64,000 nucleotides of DNA from a virus. The notes under the pieces were generated by a model. It searched no databases. It saw nothing but the letters and a program-made list of their open reading frames with translations, and had not been told where the DNA came from. The stretch covers positions 1-64,000 of the IMG/VR virus record IMGVR_UViG_3300045988_141624. One strand, given 5' to 3'. A program made the position numbers and the translations under genes. Positions 25,875-35,398 of the stretch are shown in pieces; the first letter of the stretch is position 1; every line of letters begins with the position of its first letter.

Positions 25875-27317
25875 ATGAAAAATAAAATTTATATTCTGCA
25901 AGACTGCGATGTAGATGGTTTGGTGTCAAGTGTTTTAGCATATAAATATTTAATTCATCTTAATGTGCCAAAAGACAATATTGTTGTTTTATATCACGAA
26001 GATAAAAGACATGGGTTAAATGATGATATTATGGGGCAAATTAAGGATGATTGCGCTCTTTTATGGATACCTGACGCAAACGCAAGTAAATCTAAATATG
26101 TTGAGAAATTAAATTGCAAAATTGTTCAAACAGACCATCATGCTATTCTTCCATTAGATGGGGTTATTTCAATTAACAATCAATATAGCCCCAAAATTCA
26201 AAATAAATATTTAAGCGGCGCTGGGGTAACGTATAAATTTATTATGTATTGCTGTCAAAAACAAAATGATAAATTCTATGAAGAATTAAGAGATTTAGTA
26301 GCATTAAGTAATATTGCTGATGTTATGGATATTAGAAATATTGAAAATAGATTATATAATTATGTAGGATTGTCTAAAATTAACAATCCATTTTTGCTAT
26401 ACTTAATTAATAATTTAGCAAAAGGAACTGCAACACCCACTAGTTTCGCTTGGGACATTGTTCCGAAGCTAAATGCCACGATTCGTTCTTCTAATATGGC
26501 ACTTAAAGAAGATATTTTTAATTGCTTTGTTGGGAACCAAGACAATTATGAAGAAATAACTAAAGAAATAAAAAAAGAACGCAACAATCAAAACAAAACG
26601 GTGCAAAAATTATTAAAAGATTGTACTATAAAAGAATATGATAAAGTAGTTATTGGGAAGTTAGAAGAAAGTAGTGCTTATACAGGGTTAATTGCTAATA
26701 AAATCATGAGCAAATATAACAAACCTACGCTTTGCATCCATGAAAACGAAAAGGGTTTTATGGGTTCGTGTCGTTCTCCTGTTGATATGAAAGACCAATA
26801 CAACGATAGTAATTTATTGTATTTTGCCGAGGGTCACCAAGCTAGTTTTGGGATTTCAATTCCTAAAGATAATTTTGAAGATTTTTTAAATTATATAGAA
26901 CACAATATTACCGTTGATGAGCCTTACCTAGAAGTGTGTGGTAAATATACAAAAAATAACATTCCTAGCTACTTGTTTGGTTATTGGGACAAATACTCCA
27001 CTCTATGGGGAAACGGCTTAAATAGCCCTGTTTTTTATATGGTAGACATACAAATTTCAAGTAAAAACATACAAGTTTTGGGGCGCAACCAAACAACGCT
27101 GAAATTTGAGATGAATGATGTAGAATATATTATGTTTTTTGTCACAAAAGAATTGAAAAAAGAACTTCATGTAGGAGAAAATGTGCCTCTTAATATTTCC
27201 GTTATTGGAAAATTAGGAATTAATGAATGGAATGGTAATAAAAAGAAACAAGTTATTGTTGACAAAATTGAGGCCGAAGTGTATAATAAAGAAAAAACTT
27301 GGGAAGATTTATTTTAA
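25875..27317 (+). CDS. DHH-family phosphoesterase, RecJ-like exonuclease
   Basis: DHH motifs LQDCDVDG, WIPDAN and QTDHH. Confidence 0.7.
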   Translation: MKNKIYILQDCDVDGLVSSVLAYKYLIHLNVPKDNIVVLYHEDKRHGLNDDIMGQIKDDCALLWIPDANASKSKYVEKLNCKIVQTDHHAILPLDGVISINNQYSPKIQNKYLSGAGVTYKFIMYCCQKQNDKFYEELRDLVALSNIADVMDIRNIENRLYNYVGLSKINNPFLLYLINNLAKGTATPTSFAWDIVPKLNATIRSSNMALKEDIFNCFVGNQDNYEEITKEIKKERNNQNKTVQKLLKDCTIKEYDKVVIGKLEESSAYTGLIANKIMSKYNKPTLCIHENEKGFMGSCRSPVDMKDQYNDSNLLYFAEGHQASFGISIPKDNFEDFLNYIEHNITVDEPYLEVCGKYTKNNIPSYLFGYWDKYSTLWGNGLNSPVFYMVDIQISSKNIQVLGRNQTTLKFEMNDVEYIMFFVTKELKKELHVGENVPLNISVIGKLGINEWNGNKKKQVIVDKIEAEVYNKEKTWEDLF

Positions 27318-27327
27318 GGGGGTTAAA

Positions 27328-27819
27328 ATGGCACGAAAAACAAAAACTCATTACAATTATACAAAATTAAATTTATGGCATTATGAATTATTGCCATATC
27401 TACCCAAACACTATTTTCATCAAACGTCTCTTATTATTCGTAATGCAATGGATGGTTTAAAAAAAAGAGCAAAAGAGCAGAAAGGAGAATTAACTCATGG
27501 TGTTTTATCAGAATATGATGATTTAGATTTCATGCTTTATGTGAAGAAATATGTGGCTGCATATAAAGCCAGAAGTCGTTATTATAGTAGATGGACTCAA
27601 CAACTGTTATTAGATATTAGCGATTTTGATATGATTTTCTGGCCCGATGATGCTAAAATTTTTGCTAATTGGCATACAAGAGAATATCTAAGAGTTTGCA
27701 TGGCTAAGTTATATGAAAAATATATGTGGCCTCTTGGTGTTCCTAAAGTGTCCGATGAAGAATGGAAAACTTTAAAAGAGGGTTATTATAAAATAACAGG
27801 AGAAAAATATAAGCTCTAA
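27328..27819 (+). CDS. Hypothetical protein (resembles the TIGR02328 / pyrimidine-dimer-glycosylase-like family)
   Basis: The ATG at 27328 follows AAGGGGG. The N-terminal LNLWHYELLPYLPKHYF resembles the RLWHxxLIPYLPRQQL signature. Confidence 0.4.
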   Translation: MARKTKTHYNYTKLNLWHYELLPYLPKHYFHQTSLIIRNAMDGLKKRAKEQKGELTHGVLSEYDDLDFMLYVKKYVAAYKARSRYYSRWTQQLLLDISDFDMIFWPDDAKIFANWHTREYLRVCMAKLYEKYMWPLGVPKVSDEEWKTLKEGYYKITGEKYKL

Positions 27820-27831
27820 AGGGGTGATGAA

Positions 27832-30800
27832 ATGTATTTTAACAATCATGTTCATGATGAATACAGTAATGCTGCTTTAGGTTTTCCCGATGTAGTCAAC
27901 AAAGTAGAAGATGTAATTCAAAAAGCTTATGACTTGGGATTAAGTGGTATTGCAATTACTAATCATGAATGTGTTTCCTCACATATTAAAGCATTACAAT
28001 ATTATGAGAAAATGGAAAAAGACAGACCTTTTAAAATTGCTTTGGGGAATGAAATTTATTTAATGGACGAAAGTGAGGACGAAGAAAACAGAACAGAAAA
28101 AAGAACAGTTTATCCTTATTATCATTTTATTTTAACAGCTTTAGACACCTTGGGCCATAAACAAATCAGAGAGCTTTCAACAAGAGCTTGGAAAAGAGCC
28201 TATTTCTCTAGGGGTTTAATGAGGACACCCACTTATTATAGTGATATAGAAGAGGTTGTTGGACAAGAAAAAGGCCATATTATTGCCTCGACCGCTTGTC
28301 TTGGAAGCTTTTTAGATAAGATGATTTTGCAATGGAAAAATGGGGATAATACAGCAAAATTAGCTATTCATAGCTTCATAACGTGGTGCATTGATACTTT
28401 TGGTAAAGATAATTTCTTTTTAGAAATTCAACCATGTTATGAAGATAATGTAGAACAAGTGACAGTTAATTCAGCAATGAAAGAATTATCTAAAGCATAC
28501 AAACTAGGAATCATTCCTACTACTGACGCTCATTATTTAACAAAAGACATGGCTTTTGTGCATAAAACCTATCTAAATTCTAAAGAGGGTGAGCGAGAAG
28601 TAGATAAATTTTATGCCATGACTTATCTAATGGACGAGGAAGAATTGAGAACGTTTCTCAAATTGCAATTTTCCATTAAAGAAATAGATGAAATGTACAA
28701 GAATACGTTGTTAATTTGGGATAGAATTGAAAAATATGATTTACAACACAATCCTATTATTCCTCAAATTCCCGAAGAGAAGTTACCTCAATTTAAAATC
28801 AGACATTTGTTTAAGGAATGGTATTCTAAATATCCTAATTTTGCTTTTTATAGTAACAACGAGAGAACACTCCATGAACAATATTTCTTTTATCAAATTG
28901 AAAAAGGATTTGAAAAAAAGGTTTGTAATAGTGTAAAACCTAAGAATATAGAACAATATATAGCAAGATTAGATGAAGAATTTGAACAATTTCGCTTAAT
29001 AAGTGAAGCATTGGGTACATCTATCCCCTGTTATTTTAGCTCTATGTCCCGAATAATAGATATAATATGGGACATTGGTAGTTTAGTTATGCCAGGGAGA
29101 GGTAGTGCGGGTGCATGTCTTTCTTGTTATTTATTGGATATTACACAAATAGACCCCGTTCCTTTTGGTGATTATATGCCGTTTTGGAGATTCCTTAAAT
29201 AATTTTTTATCCTAAATCATTAAGACATGGATAAAAAATTTAGGGCCTTATATTAGGAATGATATAAGTGGAGACTGTGAACTATCTAACCAATAGGTGT
29301 GAGAATGTAATTCTTGCTAACGAGGAAAGTCTAAGGATGAAAATCTATGATAATCTCGTGCCAAGCCCTTTGTCAAGGAAAGGTGTAACGACTAAGCAAG
29401 CTGAATGTGGTTACAGCTTTAGCGCAGTCTACCCCAACTGAAATAAGTGGGTAAAGAAATAGTCTATCCCGCTATGGAAACATAGCGGTAGTGAGAAACG
29501 TACAACGCGGCGTAGAACTTCCAGATTAATAACATAGTTTGGCTATATGGTGACATATAGAAAATAAAGTGGCTAACCAGTGAAAGTGCTGGGTGTGAGG
29601 AAAATCCTTGCTAACAGTGAAAACCTTGTTCATCCTGAATCGTGAACATGGCGATACTGTGCCAAGTTTTGTATTAAAAATACATTAAAGGTGCAACGAC
29701 TAAGCCCCGTAGGGTGAAACTCCCCGCGGTTAATGCCACTCTCTCCAATTGGAGATGAAGATATAGTCTAAACCGACTGTTTATTCAGTGTTAAAGTATT
29801 GGGAATAAATAACCAACGGTATAATTGATTGACACAGATTCAGAATCATCAAAAAAGAATGAAATTGTTCAGGGTGTTGTAGATTTCTTTGGTGAAGATA
29901 GGGTGTTAAGCATTGCAACATTTTCTGCCTTAACCAGTAAAACGGCAATAGAGAAAAGCTGTAAAGGCTTGGGAATTAATAATGATACAGCTAACTACAT
30001 TAAAGCTATGATACCTATTGAGCGTGGTTTTACTTGGAGCTTAAAAGATTGTTTTGAGGGTGATTTGGAAAAGCAAAGAAAACCAATTCAAACATTTATT
30101 AATGAAGTCAACAAATATCCTAAGCTAAAAGAATGTGCTTTGGCTTTAGAAGGATTGATAACAGGAAGAAGCACTCATGCAGCGGGCATCTTAATTGGGA
30201 ACGAACCTTATACCAATTTCATAGCTGCAATGCGATCTCCCAAAGGCGATTTATGTTCTTGCTATGACCTAATAGACGCTGAACACTGTGGGGAAATTAA
30301 ATTTGACTTGTTAAAAACCAATGCAACAGATAAAATTCACACAACGTTAGATTTGTTACTTAAAGACAATTTAATTGAATGGCAAGGAAGTCTAAAGAGC
30401 ACCTATGAAAAATATATTCATCCCGATGTATTAGATTATGAAAACCCTAAAATGTGGGATATAATTAAAAATATATATAGTGTTTTTCAATTTGATACAA
30501 ATGTCAGTGTCCGCGCTTTAAATGCTACTCATCCTAAAAGCGTTATGGATTTATCTGCAACAAACAACCTGTTAAGGCTTATGTCTCAACCAGGACAAGA
30601 ATCTCCCCTAGATAAATATGCACGTTTTAAAAACAATATTAATGAATGGTATAATGAAATGGAAAGCTATGGGCTTTCTAAAGATGAACAAAAATGCTTA
30701 GAGGAATATTTAATTGATTCTTATGGACTAGCAGACAGTCAAGAAAAAGTAATGCGTCTAAGTATGGATAAAAGAATAAGTGGTTATACATTAAAAGAGG

Positions 30801-32710
30801 CAAACAAACTTCGTAAAAGTATTGCGCGGAAATCACAGAAATTACAAGAAGAAGCTAAGCAACAATTTTTTGAATATGGAGAGAAATTAGGCACCAGAAA
30901 AGAATTTTTAAATTATGTATGGAATGTTATTTTTGGTGCGTCATTTGGCTATGTAGAAATGGTCATGATTTGTGAACCTTACCAGGGGTGTGCTGTTATT
31001 TAACAGTGCTAACGGTATCAGCTGAATAAGACTGTTGTTCAAGAGTTACAACTAGATAACAACGTTAAAAAAGACGAAGCAGCTGACTAAGAAAATCTAA
31101 GGTCTATGTAAAATAGATAGCTGACAATACCGTGCGGTTTCTTATGAGGTCGTGTAGAGACTATTCCGATAGGAAGTACACTAACTATTGGTACGTTGGT
31201 GGAAGTGCAAATCTATAACAAATTTTGTTATAAAGATATAGTCCGATGGATTAATATGAAAATTCATATGTTGTAGAAATACAAAAATCCACTCGATTCC
31301 TTCTCCCAAATTCATTCAACCTCTTATTCTATTATCGCCCTACAAGAATTAAATCTTAATTATTATTACCCCTCAGTCTATTGGAATTGTGCTTGTTTAA
31401 CAGTGGAAAGTCAATCAGACGATGACACAGATAAAAGAACAGCAATAGATTATGGCAAAATGGCTCGCAGTATTTACAAGATGAAACAACATGGTATTGA
31501 TGTTTTGCCTCCTTCTATCAACAAATCCAATATTTCTTTTACACCCAATAAAGAAAACAACACTATTTTGTTTGGATTAGGTGGTATTTCAGGGATAAAC
31601 AATGAAGCAGCTAGAGAAATAGTTAATAATCGTCCATATAGTTCTTTTGAAGATTTCTACAACAAAGTTCAAAAGAATAAAAATACGTTATTAAAAAATC
31701 AAAAAATTATAACTTTAATTAAATCTGGTTGTTTTGATGAGTTTGATACTAGCAGAACAAATATTATGAAACAATATTTTGCTTTAATGTATGAACCAAA
31801 AGAAGAGTTGACTTTGCAAAATATGAGCAAAATATTAGAGTATGATATTCCTGTTCCCGAAGAGCTATTAAACCCTTATTTGTTAAGTAAACAAATAAAA
31901 CAGAAAAAGAATTTCTATAAAAACGATGAAAAAGCTAAGAGTAAAAAACATTATAGAGTGCCACATGATTTACAAAATGATTTATTAATTATGTTCCCTG
32001 AATTAAAAGAAGATGTTGATTATTATTATGATAGTGACATAATGATAATTATTGATAAAGCTTTAGACAAACAAATGAAAAAGATTAATGAAAAAATTAA
32101 AGAGTATATTACACAGGATAAAGTAAAGGATGAGTTTAATTCTAGGGGTAGAGAGTTGTTATACCATGAGAACATAAAACAAGAAAATGAATTGCAATGG
32201 GCTTTTTCTTCCACGTCTTTTTATCCAAACAATGAACATGAATTAAATAACATTGATTGTGATAAATATAATATTATTGATTATAATCTTTTACCAGAGA
32301 ACCCTGAATTTGAAACTAAGTATTATGTTAAGAAAGATGGTGAAGAGGTTGTTTGGAACCAATATTATCTTTATAGAATTTGTGGTACAGTAACAAGTAA
32401 GGATAAAAATAAAAGGACAGTAGATATTTTGACTCCCACCAATGATGTGGTAACAATTCGTTTAAATGATGAAGTTTATACTTATTATGAACAAAAAATA
32501 TCTGAGGGCACAGATACAAATAAAACCGTAATTGATGATAGCTGGTTTACAAGAGGAAAAATGTTATGTGTTGTAGGATATAGACAAGGGGACGGGTTCA
32601 GAGGAAAAAGATATAGAAGCTCAATTTTCAAACATACAATTATGTTAATAGAAAAAGTAAATCAAGACGGTTCTTTAGAGTTAAGAACAGAAAGAAAAAT
32701 AAAAGACTAG
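27832..32710 (+). CDS. dnaE: DNA polymerase III alpha subunit (PHP plus polymerase core), interrupted by three group I introns. Exons: 27832-29195, 29496-29526, 29828-30950, 31296-32710.
   Basis: PHP motif HVHDEYS, plus GRGSAGACLSCYLLDITQIDP. Spliced joins restore FWRFL-NVQRGVELPD-IDTD and GY-SFSQIHS. The exons sum to 3933 nt, which is 1311 codons. Confidence 0.85.
29196..29495 (+). mobile_element. Group I intron (PolIII intron 1, no ORF)
   Basis: The 5' exon ends in U and the insert ends in G. Core-like strings ttgctaacgaggaaag, ctcgtgccaag, gtgtaacgactaagc and aaatagtct. It is a paralogue of the next intron. Confidence 0.75.
29527..29827 (+). mobile_element. Group I intron (PolIII intron 2, no ORF)
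   Basis: The exon end ccagaU can pair with the intron sequence gtttgg (P1-like). Core-like strings ttgctaacagtgaaaac, ctgtgccaag, gtgcaacgactaagc and gatatagtct. It ends in G. Confidence 0.75.
30951..31295 (+). mobile_element. Group I intron (PolIII intron 3, no ORF)
   Basis: It splits GY|SFSQIHS. It contains agatatagtccga. The 5' exon ends in U and the insert ends in G. Confidence 0.7.
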
Positions 32711-32729
32711 AGAAAATCTAGTCTTTTTT
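32705..32729 (+). terminator. Rho-independent terminator
   Basis: gactag (32705-32710) pairs with ctagtc (32718-32723), followed by TTTTTT. Confidence 0.6.
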
Positions 32730-32731
32730 AT

Positions 32732-32760
32732 TTGACTTTTTTTATTTTATGATGTATAAT
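32732..32760 (+). promoter_or_regulatory. Near-consensus promoter
   Basis: TTGACT (32732-32737), a 17-nt spacer, then TATAAT (32755-32760). Confidence 0.65.
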
Positions 32761-32789
32761 ACAGACAAAAGATAGAGAGGAGAACAAAA

Positions 32790-34943
32790 ATGGAATTAGA
32801 AAAGAAAATAATTCCTTACAAGACAGTATATGAGAATGATTCTTATGGTATTAAATTATGTAATGATAAAGAAACTTTAGAAAGCATATGTATTGTAGGC
32901 AATGTTGGCTGCTTGCAAAATAATATTGAATATAGAGTTATTCTTAAAAAGAAAACTCATCCTAAATATGGTGAGCAATACGAATTAATTAGCGTTCCAA
33001 GTTTAGACGATATAGAAATCAGTGATGAAGATGAGGTTTCTGTATTATTGTCTGTTATGAACGAAACACAGGCCAACAAGGTTCATGAAGCTTATCCACG
33101 TTTTGTCCAGATGATTATTAATGGCGATGAGGATAAAATTGATATAGATAACATTAAAGGGGTTGGCAAAAAGCGTCTTAATGAATACATTGATAAAATT
33201 AGTGGGGTTTATAAGTATCAGAAAATTATTAATACTTTTCCTAAATATGGATTGAATCTCAACGATTGTAAAAAACTATTTAAAAAATATCATTCTTTAG
33301 ACGAAATTAAGAATAAATTAGATGAAAATCCATATCATATACTAATTGATGTATTAGAAAAAAGTTTTCTTAAAGCCAACACTGTCATTATTGAAAATGC
33401 TCCAAAGTTTTTGGGGAGCAAAATTCAAACCGAATATTTATTATTGTATGTTCTTGGAATGAATGAAAACGAAGGAAACACAAAAGTTAATGCCAATGTT
33501 GCTGCTTATATAGCTAAAGATATTGTGCCTGAGTGTATTTCAGCAATGAAGGAAGTGGCTGAGAATAGCCCTCTAATTTTCTATGATAATAGTACAAAAT
33601 TCATGGCTAAAATGGATACTTATCAAGCAGAGGTAAATATATCCAAAGAACTAATTAAACGCCTAAATAGCAACAAAAACCTTAATATTAGGTGGGAAAA
33701 ATACAAGGGTTTTTTAAGTGATGAACAAGCAAATGTATTGAAAACTATTAACGAGAAAAATATTGTTATTTTATGTGGCCCTGCTGGTTCAGGTAAAACA
33801 TCTTCTGTTAAAGCTTTAATAAATATGTTAGATGAAGAACTATTTACATACGAATTATTAGCTCCCACTGGTATTTCAGCTAAAAGATTGGCTGATGTAA
33901 CAGAAAGACACACTCAAACGATTCATAAAGAATTGGCGCTTCAAAGCTATATAACACAAGATGTTTTGATTGTAGATGAATTTTCTTTTGTGGGTGTAAA
34001 ACTTTTTGCTCAATTATTGGAAAATGTGTCTCCTGAAACAAAGATTTTATTGGTTTGTGATGATGAACAATTGCCCTCAATTCCGTGTGGTAATGTTATT
34101 AAAGACATTATGAGAGCTGACATTGTTCCAACCATTAAACTAACCAAAATATTTAGATATGGGAACAATGCTTTGTTGACCGTTGCAACAGATATTAGAA
34201 ACAAAAAACCATATTTAAATGAAACGGGCTGCATATTTGAGGGACATAAGACAAATAAAGAATATTCTTTTATAGAAATAAATGACAATCCTTTATCTCA
34301 AGTTATGGAACAATATAAAAAAATGTTGCAAAAATACAAACAAAGTGATATTATTATATTGTCTCCATTTAATATTGGTGATTTCGGTACATATGCTATC
34401 AACAATAAAATTCAAGACACTTATAATCCATTAATCAACGATGAAGAAATAGTAAAAAGCGTCCAAACTTCACACGGAAGTACGAAAGTTCATTATAGAA
34501 AAGGTGACAGGGTTATTAATACTAAAAACATTTATCATGCTGTTACACCTTCTGAATTTTATGATATTGGATTAAAAGAGGGTAGCACAACAATTGTTAA
34601 TGGAGATATTGGTGTTGTAAGGATGGTGGATTTAGAAAATAAATGTTTGATTATTAATTTTAGTGAAAATACAGTAGTCTTTACATTTAATGATCTTGCT
34701 CATTTGCTGCTAGGCTATGCTATTTCTACTCACAAATCACAGGGGTCAGAATTTCCAGTAGTAATTAACATTGTTCATCCTCAACACTCAAGAATGTTGA
34801 CAAAAAATTTGCTCTATGTAGCCAATACAAGAGCAAAAGAATTACTTATAGAGATAGGAGATGTTGCTACAATTAATAAAGCGATTCAAATTGAAGCCAC
34901 GGAAGATAGAGAAACTTTTTTGTACGAACTACTTACAAATTAA
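32790..34943 (+). CDS. RecD/YrrC-like SF1 DNA helicase
   Basis: Walker A LCGPAGSGKTS, motif II LIVDEFSFV, and C-terminal AISTHKSQGSEF and YVANTRAK. Confidence 0.8.
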   Translation: MELEKKIIPYKTVYENDSYGIKLCNDKETLESICIVGNVGCLQNNIEYRVILKKKTHPKYGEQYELISVPSLDDIEISDEDEVSVLLSVMNETQANKVHEAYPRFVQMIINGDEDKIDIDNIKGVGKKRLNEYIDKISGVYKYQKIINTFPKYGLNLNDCKKLFKKYHSLDEIKNKLDENPYHILIDVLEKSFLKANTVIIENAPKFLGSKIQTEYLLLYVLGMNENEGNTKVNANVAAYIAKDIVPECISAMKEVAENSPLIFYDNSTKFMAKMDTYQAEVNISKELIKRLNSNKNLNIRWEKYKGFLSDEQANVLKTINEKNIVILCGPAGSGKTSSVKALINMLDEELFTYELLAPTGISAKRLADVTERHTQTIHKELALQSYITQDVLIVDEFSFVGVKLFAQLLENVSPETKILLVCDDEQLPSIPCGNVIKDIMRADIVPTIKLTKIFRYGNNALLTVATDIRNKKPYLNETGCIFEGHKTNKEYSFIEINDNPLSQVMEQYKKMLQKYKQSDIIILSPFNIGDFGTYAINNKIQDTYNPLINDEEIVKSVQTSHGSTKVHYRKGDRVINTKNIYHAVTPSEFYDIGLKEGSTTIVNGDIGVVRMVDLENKCLIINFSENTVVFTFNDLAHLLLGYAISTHKSQGSEFPVVINIVHPQHSRMLTKNLLYVANTRAKELLIEIGDVATINKAIQIEATEDRETFLYELLTN

Positions 34944-34961
34944 AAGGAGTATACCACATCT

Positions 34962-35162
34962 ATGTCGAATATATTAATTACCCTACTAAATATAGTGTCT
35001 ACATTGGTTCTTATATGCTTGTGTATTACTTTCTATTTTTGGTATTGGCACCCTGATGAAAATATTGAATTGCAAAAGAAAATCTTAACACTCTTAATGA
35101 TTTTTGCTATTATAGTAGCAGCTCTAGTATTGTGTTATATTTTTATTATGATTTTTGAGTAA
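34962..35162 (+). CDS. Small membrane protein (two TM helices)
   Basis: Hydrophobic segments ILITLLNIVSTLVLICLCITFYFW and LLMIFAIIVAALVLCYIFIMIF. Confidence 0.5.
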   Translation: MSNILITLLNIVSTLVLICLCITFYFWYWHPDENIELQKKILTLLMIFAIIVAALVLCYIFIMIFE

Positions 35163-35176
35163 TAAGGAGAAACAAA

Positions 35177-35380
35177 ATGGAAGAAAAAATTGTTTTGTAC
35201 ACCACAAAGACCTGTCCCAGATGTAAAATCTTGGAACGCAAACTAATTGAGAAAGGAGTTAAATTTGAAAAATGTGATGATATGACAGAGCTTGAAGAAA
35301 GAAAAATGTATTCTGTGCCTGTTCTTCGTATAGGAGACAAATTTTTAAACTATGCTGAAGCATTTCAAAAATTTATTTAA
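35177..35380 (+). CDS. Glutaredoxin/NrdH-like redoxin
   Basis: CPRC active site after a beta-strand (VLYTTKTCPRCK), and the cis-Pro region YSVPVL. 67 aa. Confidence 0.7.
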   Translation: MEEKIVLYTTKTCPRCKILERKLIEKGVKFEKCDDMTELEERKMYSVPVLRIGDKFLNYAEAFQKFI

Positions 35381-35398
35381 TATCAGGGAGGATATAAA

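Noticed and set aside
27223-27327. Upstream extension of the 27223-27819 ORF.
   Set aside because: It overlaps the RecJ-like gene by about 95 nt. The ATG at 27328 has an AAGGGGG RBS.
29196-31295. Group II intron or intein explanations for the inserts.
   Set aside because: The inserts are 250-380 nt, too small for group II, and lack GUGYG...AY ends. They contain stops in all frames, so they cannot be inteins.
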